Shown in pieces: positions 44,781-58,327 of a stretch of DNA of 64,000 nt. Position 1 is the stretch's first letter, and each line of letters begins with the position of its first letter. The notes below the pieces were generated by a model. It did not search any database, had not been told where the DNA came from, and was given only the letters and a program-made list of their open reading frames with translations. The DNA is taken from the NCBI RefSeq assembly GCF_009914755.1, contig NC_060931.1. One strand, given 5' to 3'. The stretch is from the human T2T-CHM13v2.0 reference genome, Homo sapiens. Position numbers and translations under genes: made by a program.

Positions 44781-45889
44781 AGAAAAAGAGAGAGAGAGAG
44801 AGACTCTTTTCCATTAGTTTCCCATTCCATGACATACTTCCACCAGACATAAACTGTTCCTTCATGCCTTTATTCTACTTTAAATCATTTGATGTCAGTA
44901 TGTCAATTAGCATTCACAGAATAAGATAAGGGAAACTTTTTTTAGTCTCATTTACATCTCACAACTAAATAGGCCAGATTTTGTAAGGGAATAAACTCAG
45001 AGGCTGCTGAGGGGTTGAATAACTTGTCTCTCTGACAGTGGTGGCCATGGCTTCTGCCACACTGCTTGTTTTGTGAAACAACCAAGTCTCCTGCCTACCT
45101 TTCTGACCTTTCATTCCACCTGTGCCTTGTAGAGTCCAATCACAAGTCATTTGCAGTTTCCTTTTTCTTTTCCTGTTCCTGTGTACATGCTCTTCTGCTC
45201 TGAGTTCACGTCTCTGTGTTTTTGGTGGCATAGGGAGGGTTAGGCAAACATGCTTTCTTTGTGAAGCCTTTTCTGACTCGACCTGAAATAATCAGTGGTT
45301 TCTCTTTTTCAAAATTTCTCTGTAACAAATAACATAGGACATTATTTTTCAGTTGGATGCCTGTCTCATGCCTTTCTCCTATTCTCAGAACCTGATTACC
45401 TTGCCCTACCCTGCCCAACCCCATTTTATATGTACTTTATGTGAGCTTTGGCAAGCAGGGACCACATTATACTTTTTATTTTTATTTCCATTGTATTTAG
45501 CAGAGTAATAGCATATGCTCAAAAAATGTTTGTTGAATTAAGTTGATAAAGAAGGAAGACATGGGCAAGAAACATAGTGTAAAAGGCAGGAAGGAAACTA
45601 TGTGTTAAGAGACAGTGGTTTAGCCCCCCAAAAAGGTAGCAAGAGATAAGTCTAGAGAGGTGTCGGTGAAACTCGTCTGTGGTAAAATTTGTTGGGGCAA
45701 ACAGTATTTATGAAACCCAATCCATAATACATAACATGGATAGAAAGAATGAGACTGAAAAAAAGGACTTGTTAAAAAAAATTTAAAAACCTTGGCAGCT
45801 GTCCCCTCTCCCCAAAACACACACATCCTCCCCACTCACGCCCCCACTTCTGCCTCCACCTCCATCTCTATCTCCATCCCCACCAGCTT

Positions 45890-48165
45890 AGCTTGACTTT
45901 TGGGAGCTAGAATCCCAAAGATCCCTTTCCCAGAGTGCTCTGCTCCAGACCTAGCAGCTGCAGGGAACTGTGGGTATTTTATGATTTTGGAGCCAGAGAA
46001 ACAAGATGGTGAGTGACCTCCACAAACTGAGGGAAAATGTTTGGGCTTTGGCTGGGCTTCTTCTGAGCAGTAGTGCAGCCCTAATTCATTCTTCTCTTTT
46101 CCACACAATGACATCGAAGGTGTTTTGGCCTGCTATTCGTAACGACCCCTTCACACATGTTAGCCTGCGGAAAGAAGCTCTACTGAGCAGAGGCGATCAG
46201 CTTTCCCCAGGTGGATTTTGGGCCATGTTACCCAAAGAAAACTTCTGTTTTCTGTTTTGTGTCACTCTTCTCAGTAGCTTTGCTCTGTAGGCCAGCCCTG
46301 GAGGCCCCTTCTCTGCAGAGGGTTAGAGGCCTGTCCCCAGTCCCTCATCATCATATTTCAGGATGGCTGGAAGCAGTGGTTCCAAGGCCAAATTCATCAT
46401 CAGTGGGAAATACAAACTGGTATGGAAGATCACATCTGGCTTTTTTGGGGACATTTATCAGGCAAAGAACATAACCAATAGTAAAGAAGTGGCGCTAGCA
46501 TCCTTGAATTCTGGAAAGCTAGGTATTTCTCATTGCAGTCCCAGAGAAAACTTTTTAGATTCTTCAGGGCGGGTTAGTATTTCAACATGAGATGGTATGA
46601 TTAGAGCAAAGACTGCAATGTGCTACTCTTGGATCTTCAGCCCTCAAGACCTCTTCATTTTCTTTTGGAGAAGGCTCCCAGTGAAAACCGTAGTTAGGTT
46701 AGCAGACCAGATGACTGGTAGAATTGCATATGTGCATGCAAAGAATTTGAGTCACAGTTTAAACCAGATAACTTCCTAATCAGTATTGAGTATTGCTATA
46801 GGAAGTTATTCCTTATTGATTTTGATTTGCTGAAAAAGTACAGAAACAATAGGATAAGGCAGCACATATCATAGAGGAGATAGTAATCTCTAGCACCACT
46901 TGCTAAGTTAGCATCAGTGCACATCTTGGTATTGATCAGAGTTTTAGAGATGACATGTTATCATCATGATACATGTAAATGTAATTTAATAGAACCAGCC
47001 TGCCATGGCAAAGATTAAAGTCTGCAACAAAGAACAGAAAAATGAAAATGTTAATGAGAGAATGATAAAATGAAAAGGAGTTGATGGAAGGTATCTACTC
47101 CTGTTGAAATTTTGTATAAGGGGTTTTCTGCAGAATTTGCAGTAAACTATTGTTATGGATCACACATTAAGGAAGCCTTGAGACAGCTATTCCACAATAT
47201 TTTCTGGACCCTGAACTGCTGATATTAAATACATATTTGGTTGAATATTGTTAAAGCAGAAAACAGTACAGAAGGCAGCCTCTTCCCATGGAGTTAGCAT
47301 GCCCAAACTCTCACAGGTTTCCATGCATGAAGGGAGGAACAGAAGAAGCAGAATAGATAATCAGAGTAACATTTGTATATCGCCAAATCCAGAATTTTTA
47401 GTTCATATGTCGCATTGCCAGTGTTGTGAACAACCATTTCCCAGGTAAAAATAACGTAGGAATAAAATGGCTCTGGGCAGCATTGCTGATATAACCAAGT
47501 TGTGGCCTCTGTAATTATGTATATTAACTGAAGTTGTTAAACATGCTTTCAATTTTTATAGCACCTTTTTCAGTGGAAAACTTAACTAAATAATTGGCAT
47601 ATACCAATTTGTGTTGAGAGTTTTTCCATGCCTGTGTGTGTGTGTGTGTATGTGTGTGTGTGAAAACCTATTATTTTGAACTCTACTGCTTTGAGAAGGG
47701 CCATATGGTTGTATATGCACAAAATTGCGCATTCTTAAAGTTTTTTCATACGTAAGGCTTGCAAGTTGTTTACTTAAAACATTAAAATGGTTGGCATCTT
47801 GCTTAAGGCAGCTGATAAAGTAGCAACGAAAGAGTCCGGTTTTTGAACATATGAAAATTCTGTTTGTTATACTATGAATAGCAGCATCTAAAGTGAAGAA
47901 GTAAGAAATACTCTGTGGTAACTAGATTATCCTTAGTACTCTGAATGAACTCTTTAACGACCCTTGAATTAAAAAATATTTGTTACAGAAATTGAAAGCT
48001 AAACGTGAATGTTCATGTTCATGCTCAAATAAATGTAATTATTATGAACACCTACATGATTTGGGATTTTGGTTTTATTTTGAAATGAGAGCTCTTTCAT
48101 TTACAAGTTCACTAAAAACTCAAATGTTTCTTGAAAATCACAGGAGCTTATGAACATTAAAAAGA
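45890..48165 (+). pseudogene. Processed pseudogene of CSNK1A1 (casein kinase 1 alpha): decayed 5'UTR, CDS remnant 46363-47324, 3'UTR; outer ends approximate
   Basis: [32 protein letters not shown] resembles [32 protein letters not shown]; [18 protein letters not shown] resembles KTVLMLADQMISRIEYVH; MLKQKTVQKAASS resembles MLKQKAAQQAASS; intronless with several frameshifts and stops. Confidence 0.95.
47633..47662. repeat. (TG)n microsatellite
   Basis: Direct reading. Confidence 0.9.
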
Positions 48166-51100
48166 AGGAATAACTATTGAACAAATAAGACAGACACTGT
48201 CAAGAACGGGCAGGACTTTGCAAGGTGATAATTAAGACTAGTTAATATTTATGTGGAAAAGTTCTGACTGGGCATTTGGAACATAATAATATGAACAATA
48301 TAATATAATAAATATAGCATACATTTGCATTTATTTGCAACCTCAGACAAGCAAGATGAGTCCAAATAAAGCTAGCTTCATCGTAGTCCTTTCTTACATG
48401 TGTCACAAGGTCTTGAGATCAGTTTAAAAAACATGTTTTATTTACAACTAATGTGAATACTAATATTTGCTGTCATCAGATTCCTTCGAAAATAACATAT
48501 GCATCACTGGCCACCTGTTCTAAGTAATTTTTGAGGAATTTGCATGTTCCCAGACAAGGAATGTTGTGAACAGAGATGATTCTATTTATCCACTGTTAAA
48601 AATGGCAGTTAATTTTTCCTTGTAAGTTGATTTCTAATTATGATAATATGGCAGCTATGGACAATGCCCTTTCTTAAACATACTGGGATGTAAAAGTGAC
48701 CATAACTTGTTGAAACTCAGTCCTGGTATTGTGTTACTATTATTTCTCCTGGGGAGGCTTATTAGCCTGTCACAAAAGATGTAAGAAAAATCCAACATTC
48801 CTTTTGGAATATGATGAGCCTTTGTCACCCACAATGCAATTAATGTTAAAAATAGAAAGAATGGCTATGATATGATTATGATTAGGCAGAGATGAGCTAT
48901 TGTCCAAGTAACAGGAACTAATCTAGCAGGCCAAAGATGACCTACACAGAACCATCAGTGTGCTGATTGCCATTTCTCTCTGAGTTTGATGAAATATTCA
49001 TGCCTTTGCTCTCCTCTCTGCAAGCACTATTGATTTCTTGTATAAACGCTGCTATATTTAGTCTAGACAAATGGAATGTGGATTGCTGCTGAATAAATTG
49101 GATGAAAGACTGGGATCTTGCCTGCCACTTTCTCTCAGTCTTGGGCAATTATTTATAATCAAGAGCAGTTTTTGTAAGTTGAGGGTGATTTTTCACAATT
49201 TAGTGATTAGTCTCTGAACAAAGGCAAGCAGTTAGACGCAATCATTTCTGTTGGGATAGCAGGTTAAGAAGTCAAATTACCCTTTGAGGTTTACAATAAC
49301 TGTTTCAGAGACTTGTAGGACTTTTTTTCTTATCTTTTTAAAAAAGCTTTTTTAGAGGTTTGATGTTTGTAGTTCATGGATAACAAGAATGCCAGCAAGA
49401 AGAGACTCCAGGGTCTCTTGAATTTTTACATTTTGTCTTTATAGGGTTAAGTTCTGACCTTTGTTTTTTGAGATTTCCATGTAAAAGCTGAAGGCTATAG
49501 CTTGGCCTTTTTAATGTAAAAATGAAATATATCATTAACTGCCATTGCTTTTGGTTGGAATTATGCCAAGTCTTTTAGTTAATATTCAAAATCTCATGTT
49601 ACTCCAGAGCCTTGACTAAAAGTTCTACATTGGGTGCTACAATTAAGAGATCTTACAGGCCATCATTCTAATTTGCATCTGAACTTGTCATGATTAATTT
49701 CTTTCCTTTCACAAATATCATCTTTGAGAAGTCAATGTCCACCAAACTATAGTTCATTTATAAATTATTTTCCCATTTTCATTAAAGTGACACATAAAGT
49801 ACCATCAATGCAAACTTCTGGTCAATCCATGGCAAAATAACCAATGTAAGCAACCCAAGATTGATATCAGTCTGCATGCACAGGCACAGGCACATGCACA
49901 TGGACATTCAACTCAGATGACCAGCAAGGACATTTAAGTATATGAAGCCTTAACATCTGTAGACAGGATTTCTGTTAGCCTTTTTTTACTCACTGAAAAT
50001 AACTCTTAAATTCACATGGAAAATTAACTTTGTAGTTCCCAAACTGGAATCTGCAAATTTAAGTTAGTTACTTATAGTAATAGAGCATTAGATGCAATTT
50101 GGAAAAATACAGAAAAGTAAAGGGAGAATCATTCATATTTCCGTCTAAAATACAGCCATCTTCTGTTCTCTACATCACCAGTCATTGCTATTAGAATTTA
50201 AAAACTAATATGATTTAAAAACCGTGGTAGAATATGTGCTCGATAAGGGCTGGAATTTTTGTCTTTCTTTAAAATACCAAACCCCAACATCTAGAATGAA
50301 GCCTGGGACTTTAAGAGGCTTGATAAATCTATTTTGACTACATTGCTTATATATATATATATTTTTTAAATGGTTATCATAGTGTAAATATCACTTTTTT
50401 CACTTAATGTGACAACTTTTTTAATGTTCCCACAAACATTATTTTTAATGAATGCGTAGCTTTTCTACCAAATGGATGCGACATATTTTGCTGAGACATT
50501 TCCTTGTAGTTGGTGATTTCAATAACAATACTAGAACTCTAGTAAATAATACGACATTGAACTGTTTTTTTCCCTATTCAGTATTGTCTCCTGGAGATAT
50601 AATCCTAGAGTTGGCAAACCTGAATCAAATGGTAGAAATATGTAACACTTCTTGATACGTATTACCAAATTGGTTTTGCATAAGTTTTGTACCAATTGAC
50701 AGCTCCACTTGCCATAAATAATCGTCTCTTTGGTCATACGCTTAGCCTATACAATGGGGCATTGTACACATATATGTATACACGTGGGTCATATATATGA
50801 TAATAATCAATGATGCTCTATTTTGATTCATAATTTGCAATTCTTTACTAGTGAAGGTGATTTTCAGTTGTTGCATTCTTTTATTTGTTTTGATCTAGAT
50901 GTTTTAGTATTTTTATTTTCTAATGTTTAGTAGAAATTGTGTGCCATTTTATTTTTATATTTGTTTCTAATATGTTTGTTTTGTTAGCTACTTACTATTG
51001 ATGGTTTATTTTAATATATAAGAAATTTCCATTTCATATAATAAAAAAGCAAAAACAAACATCTGTTAAGGGCTGTGCTACATGCTATTAGTACTTACTG

Positions 51101-51279
51101 TTACTATCTCCAAGTTACGGATGAGGGAACAGAGGCCTAGGGAAATTAATAACATCTTCAATGTTACACACATGAAAGAGTCAAATAAGCATTTAGATTA
51201 TAGAACAGAATTTGAAAACTGGTACATGTAAAGACTGAAGCATTTTGTTTGGTTCCTGGAGTATTTAAAGCTTTTGAAG

Positions 51280-51604
<325 letters not shown>

Positions 51605-51981
51605 TCTTTCAGTTTAATTTTCAGTTAACAGTTATTTCTGTCTACACTGGATCTGTATTTTCTTTTTCTCCCACAACTCCCACAAATAGTTGGTTTTATC
51701 TGAGTAGTGACTGGCCTCTTTTGAAAAGCCATGCAATCCAGTTTGCCACAGTTTCCCCTCCAAAATTCCTGTTGTCTTTAGCTTAACCTTTTACACTGAA
51801 CTACAGAATTTTCCCGATTCTTGTGGGTAAGGGTCATACTCAAAATATTTAACAACCAGTTTGGCATGGATGCTGGTCATTCAAAATGTCAGAATGGACA
51901 CCAACAATAAATAAATGGTACACCTGGATATCCTGTCTGTGAGTTTTCCTGCTTAAACTATTCCTTTAGAAAGCAGCATTC

Positions 51982-52268
51982 TTTTTTTTTTTTTTTTTTT
52001 TGAGACAGTCTCGCTCTGTCACCCAGGCTGGAGTGCAGTAGCGAGATCTCGGCTCACTGCAAGCTCCGCCTCCCAGGTTCACGCCATTCTCCTGCCTCAG
52101 CTGGGACTACAGGCACCCGCCACCACACCCGGCTAATTTTTTGTATTTTTAGTAGAGAAGGGGTTTCACCGTGTTGGCCAGGATGGTCTCGATCTCCTGA
52201 CCTCGTGATCTGCCTGCCTTGGCCTCCCAAAGTGCTGTGATTACAGGCGTGAGCCACCGCGCCGGGCC
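51982..52268 (-). mobile_element. AluY-like element with a 12-bp internal deletion
   Basis: Target duplication GAAAGCAGCATTCTT; CCTCAG joins directly to CTGGGACTAC. Confidence 0.96.
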
Positions 52269-53121
52269 CTGAAAGCAGCATTCTTATCTACTAAGAGTTT
52301 TTGCTAAGAATTTTATATCTATTATCTAATTTAATTTGTATAAATTTAAATATTATCATCTGTAGTTATTCTCAGATCATCAAATCTTTTTTACTCCAGT
52401 GGTTTGATTAAATACTTGTTTTAAGTTTCCTCATACTTTTTCCACCTTGTTTATTTTAGGAATGAGGTAGCTGAGATACAGATTATTACCAATTCAACAT
52501 CAGGACTTAGAAACTTGGCTACTTTCACTCCTTGTTGTTTGGATCTGGCACCATTGCTGTGGTTAATTACCATTTTCCACATTTTAGCATGCAGTTGTCT
52601 ATTCTGTCTTTGGTACATCCAATAGTGCTGCAAATACGTTATATTACAACCTTTACTTTGTAAAGTTGAAGATATCTTCTGACGCTGATTACAAAGGAAG
52701 ATGTTCTTAAGTGTACAAATGTAGTCATGGTGGAAGTTCTCTCTTAGGGCATCTTTTCCTCAACATAATTCCATTTTTTTTTTTGTCCTCGTTGACTTGA
52801 TTTTTGTTAGTGGTTCAGTAGAATAAGTTTTATGAATGACTGATACCAGTAAACAATTGAAGTCACCTGTTTGTAAAAGGAAATTGTGGAGGATTCATGG
52901 CAGAGTGCAAATTGCTGAATGAAAATTAGCCTATGGCCCATTTATCAAAACTAATGTACAAATGACTTTATATCATCATTGTAAAGAAATGGCTAGAGTC
53001 ATTGGCATAAAATTTGTTGTACAGGGTCTTATACTTTTTATTTGTTTCCAAATCAATGTGCTAATTTCCAATCTTCTATTACCCTCCCCCACCCCATTTC
53101 CCTTTTTTTCTGGTTCTTTAG

Positions 53122-53363
53122 TGGATGTGAAGTCAGAAGTTCCTGTGGGCCTGGAGCCCATCTCACCTTTAGACCTAAGGACAGACCTCAGGATGATGAT
53201 GCCCGTGGTGGACCCTGTTGTCCGTGAGAAGCAATTGCAGCAGGAATTACTTCTTATCCAGCAGCAGCAACAAATCCAGAAGCAGCTTCTGATAGCAGAG
53301 TTTCAGAAACAGCATGAGAACTTGACACGGCAGCACCAGGCTCAGCTTCAGGAGCATATCAAG
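53122..53363 (+). CDS. HDAC9: HDAC9 coding exon (242 nt): [32 protein letters not shown]...QEHIK; CtBP motif and Gln-rich helix
   Basis: Pyrimidine tract plus TAG acceptor ending 53121; donor AAG|GTAGCA at 53363/4; translation recognised as the HDAC9/MITR N-terminus; phase 1 to 0. Confidence 0.98.
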
Positions 53364-56153
53364 GTAGCAAATGCTTCTTTGTCTGTGACCTTACTCAGGA
53401 GTCTGCACCGTGGTGGGCATGAACAGTGCCCATGGGAACACTTTGCGGGTAGATTCACTGTGATTAAGACATGGATATATGGCTTGAAGGGAATTGTGAT
53501 TTTACTAGTGAAAACTTTGGGTAAGTACCTGTTAAAAACCTGTTTTGCTTCTCAGAGGGACCTTCTTTATCCTTTAGCACATAGAATCAATAGCAGGGAA
53601 TAGTAACTTCCTATCCTAATTTTAGATTCTCTCCTACGTGATTTTGTTCATTTGCCCCATCTGCTCTCCACCAAGAAGAAGCATGAGCCTAGAAGACCCA
53701 TTTCATATTTCATTTCTGAAGAGTCTACATGTACTATTTGTGAGAAAGGATAAATTAGTCACCTTATATGAAGAGAGCTGTTTTTAAAAAACAAACATGG
53801 TGTATAAGTAGATGTTCTGAGTATGTCCGACTCTTCCTTATAGAAAAGATCTCATAATGTACACATTCAAAATAATAGTATAATAAAAAGCTTAAGGGAG
53901 TTATAAATGGAGAAACTGGTGCAAATGTTTTTATAGACTGTAGATAAGAATTTATTGAAAGTATTTGGGAGTAGTTGACAATTTGAGACTAAAGTTGTTT
54001 AAATTATTTTAGCACAAATATATCCATATTCCAGAATTTTTAATAATAACTTATTTTATTATCTAATAATATTAGATGTGTCTGTTTTTTTAAATTTTGT
54101 ATCTTCAGAGATAAATATTACTTTAGCTTTATTTGTAAAACATCTTGCAACTTCTTGACAAAGACAGTTGAAACAAGGCTATTTAATTTGAATTTATTGT
54201 GACAGAAAAGCAGCAAAGATTTACAACAAAAATTTTATTTTTATATCTAACTTTCAAAGATGACAAACACTTGCTAATTTGTGAATGTAATAAATTATGT
54301 TATCTCATACTTTATTGTTTTGTATTATAGGAACTTTATTACTTGCATATCAAGTACAAGCACATTGATAGAGGGTTGATACAGATAACTGATGTTACTA
54401 GTATGTAATTTTACCACATTAATATGACAGTTTCTAAGGAAGTAAAAATGCTATCTTCTTCTCTATATTACTTGGTTTACAAGATGTTTCTTAATCCTAA
54501 AAGAACTTTATTATCGTATATTCCTAAAAAGGCTCTTTGACAAGTGATATAAAATATATTTATTTCTTTTAGTAGTGAACTTTCCAAAAAGAACTCTTGT
54601 ATATTATTGATGTACAAAATACCTTAAAGTGAGAGTATTTTCTTTTGTCCCAAATGGAATCAGTAGCTCATGGCTACATTTTGAAGTATGGGTAGCCTTT
54701 CTTTAGTTTTTAGACTTATTTTTGAATGAATACTGAAGCTTTATTTAAATTTGACCTTTGAAACAATAATAGAAACATTGATATCTAGATCTGTTTCTTT
54801 CCTTCCAGCATGTTAAGATGGCAAAGAGAAATGAGTAAAATGTACATTTTTCACCATACTTTAAGATGTAAGGGACTGTGTAGTTCATTTTGCTGCTTTA
54901 AGTGAGACATGTTTCCCTAAATACAGGGCAATACTGATAAGTTACTGCTTTAGATACTTCTTTTCATTTATATTGCTGCCTTTGATAGCTATAAAGTTAA
55001 TATAAATTGTTTAGAAAGAAATTTATTGCTTAATTTTACTCAAAAGGTAATAGTAGCAAGTAGATAATTAATTGTTCATTTGGCACAAGCAAAACAATAG
55101 TGTTGGTTTATTGACATCTGGAAAATATTGGAAAAGTGGCTCCTGTGAGAAAAAAGAATTATGAGATAGCTAAAAGGAAAATTTAGCTTTTAAAATGATT
55201 TTCCAAAATAATAATTTGTTTTCTTAGAAACCAAAGACATAATTAATATTACTTTTTCAGATTAGGAAGTTTTTTGATTTTTAGAATTTTTATTTTGTTT
55301 TGTCTTGTATTTTTTATGGATAAAGCTAAAAGTTGATGCTTTTCATTAAGATTTTATTTTTATGAGAAAGATGCATTACATGATGCTTTATTTATATTAG
55401 CTTTTTGAATCGTTAGCTTCTGTAATAATCAACATTTGTTGAGTTAGATGCTGTTATTCCATTTTTCCACCTAGTGAACTGAGGTAGAGAAAAATAATGA
55501 TACCTTTCCAAGGCTACATAGCCAATAAATTGTTGCTCCAAGATTTACAGTCTTGCCCTGTCTGCCTCCAAAGCTCTTAAGTTGCCCTGCCTCTCTCATG
55601 GGCCAGAACATCTAGCAATAGAGGGCTAAAGTTTTATTTCTTTCTATTGTTTTAAACCTCATTCATGCAATCTTTGATAATGAATAGTAGTGGTAATTAA
55701 ATTGTGTGCTTTTCTAGATTCCTATGAAAGATTAAAGTTCAAATACATTGGGGCTTTGGGTGAAGCACCAAATTAATTTGACCAACCCAAGTATCTATAT
55801 AGAATTTAACAGTAAGGCAGAATTTAAGCATTCCTTCTGCTACCATGGAATATTATTTCATTACAATGGAATAATAACACCCATTAAGGGAGTGTATTGA
55901 AGCCAAAACACCAAAGATTTTAATATGAAGAGTAACCAGAAATGCTTCTAACTATGTCCTTCTGGGAGTAATAAGGCTATTATGGTTGATATACAGAGTT
56001 AGCTTCCTGTTGCTCCAGAGTGACTCTGATGCCATTCCATATAATAGCTTTTTATTTTTGTTCTATTACTTTTTGGTGTAAAATCAAGAGTTTTAGGCAC
56101 CTAATGTAAAAAACAAAATTTACTAATTTCATTAGTATTGAAAGTTACAAACA

Positions 56154-56794
56154 CATGTTGGGTATCCCTTATCTGAAATGCCCGGGACCAGAAATATATC
56201 AGATTTTGGATTTTTTTTTCTGGATTTTGGAATATTTACATATCTGTACATAATGAGAGTCTTGGAGATGGGACTCAAGTCAAAAATATAAAATTCATTT
56301 ATATTTCATATACACCTTATACACATAGCCTGAAGGTAATTTTATACAATATTTCCAATAGTTTTGTGCTTCAAACAAAGTTTGGGTACATTGAACCATC
56401 AGAAAGGAAAGGTGTCATTGTCTCAGCCACCCATGTGGACAATCTCTGGTTGTTTGGCATCACTGTTGTTGCTGAGTCTGAATGTGAGGAACATGCCATT
56501 GGCATGTCTTGCCCACACACACACCATTTTGTTATCTTTTGTGGGTGTGCTTATGTGGGGGAATCTGGGCGTGTGTGAAAAAAATATATTGCAGCTGAAA
56601 GGGGGCTGGAAGGGTCTTTTTTCCCATGGTGAAGCTGACTAAACTTTGTGCTGTGTGCCTGCATTTTGACTGGAACTCATCACATGAGGTCAGGTATGGA
56701 ATTCTCCACTTGTGGCATCATGTCAGTGCTCAAACTATTTCAGATGCTGGAGCATTTAGGATTTTGGATTTTCAGATTAGGGATGCCCAACCTA
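56154..56794 (+). mobile_element. Tigger4 (Zombi/MER46)-type element, internally deleted
   Basis: Inverted ends GTTGGGTATCCCTTATCTGAAA / TTTCAGATTAGGGATGCCCAAC. Confidence 0.85.
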
Positions 56795-57084
56795 TAATAA
56801 TAATAATTAAAATCAGTAGGGTTCAAACTTAAAAACTAAATTTTATGTACGTTATGAATATGCGGCTGAAGAGAGATATTCTCTCTCTTACATATGAGGA
56901 AGTATGGCTCCGAGTAGTTTAGTAACTTGTCCGGATTTCATATCTACTAATGTCAGAACCTAAGGAGAACTCAAGGTCTTTAGTTACTCCTCAGTGTGCA
57001 CATTTACTATAGTTCATAGATATATATTTCTCAGTCTGAGTGGAAATAGACATCTCAAGATGGCTATTAAAAAAGAATGCTTCA

Positions 57085-57413
<329 letters not shown>

Positions 57414-58176
57414 TCATATTCATGTCATTCATTGTTTGAGAGTGAATTCAAGGGATTCAGAAAGCTAAACAATAGTGCATTAAAATGAAGTTTTGTGGAA
57501 GTGGTTTCTTCTTGACCAGTGTCTTTAATCTAAAAGCTTTTATGTGCTGAATGAAAGAATAAAGCTTCTGCTATTTTGATATTTTGAGAGACTATATGTA
57601 TATAATATATTCTACATATTATGAATATATACATTGCATTAGTCTATTGAGAACTTGCTCTGTAAGATTTTGAAATTTTTAGCATTTGTTTACTTCAGGT
57701 AAACTTCCCCCAAATTAATTTAATATCTCACCATTCTGTATTTGCGTTGATTATTTTTACACCATTTTTTAGGCTAAGAATGGAAGATTTCAGTTGTTCA
57801 TTTATAATGTGAGGGACTTTGTAAAATAGGCTTCTGGGCAGTCCCTACCTTTTCCTGTTTGTATGTTCAAAGAAAAGTCATTAAGGGAACTAAAGATTTA
57901 ATTAAAGGAAATGGGAAGACCTGAGTGAATTTAACAGTTAGTTTTGATAGGGATGCACAGATAATGGAGCTACCTAAAACTTGCCTGTTGATGACGTTAA
58001 GACCTTCACTGCATTAGTTGCTTGTCCTTAGATTTCAATGATTTACAGAAAAAGTGGGTACAAATATGAACTAAATACAAACAAGTTCCAAAAGCTCATA
58101 ACATTTCAGTTTTGGTCAGTGATGACTATGAAGCCTAAAGAAATTGCACACTCTCATGTCTTTCTCTTCTCGCAAG

Positions 58177-58327
58177 TTGCAACAGGAACTTCTAGCCATA
58201 AAACAGCAACAAGAACTCCTAGAAAAGGAGCAGAAACTGGAGCAGCAGAGGCAAGAACAGGAAGTAGAGAGGCATCGCAGAGAACAGCAGCTTCCTCCTC
58301 TCAGAGGCAAAGATAGAGGACGAGAAA
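58177..58327 (+). CDS. HDAC9: HDAC9 coding exon (151 nt, or 142 nt from the alternative acceptor at 58186): (LQQ)[47 protein letters not shown]
   Basis: Acceptors AAG (58174-76) and CAG (58183-85); donor GAA A|GTAAGA; in frame with the previous exon; phase 0 to 1. Confidence 0.97.

Noticed and set aside
46363-46779. Functional CK1-like kinase
   Set aside because: Frameshift near the VAVK lysine, degraded glycine loop and catalytic motifs, further frameshifts and stops downstream.
52962-53603. 213-aa ORF as a single-exon gene
   Set aside because: Only 53122-53363 is HDAC9; the flanks are intron read-through past clear splice sites.
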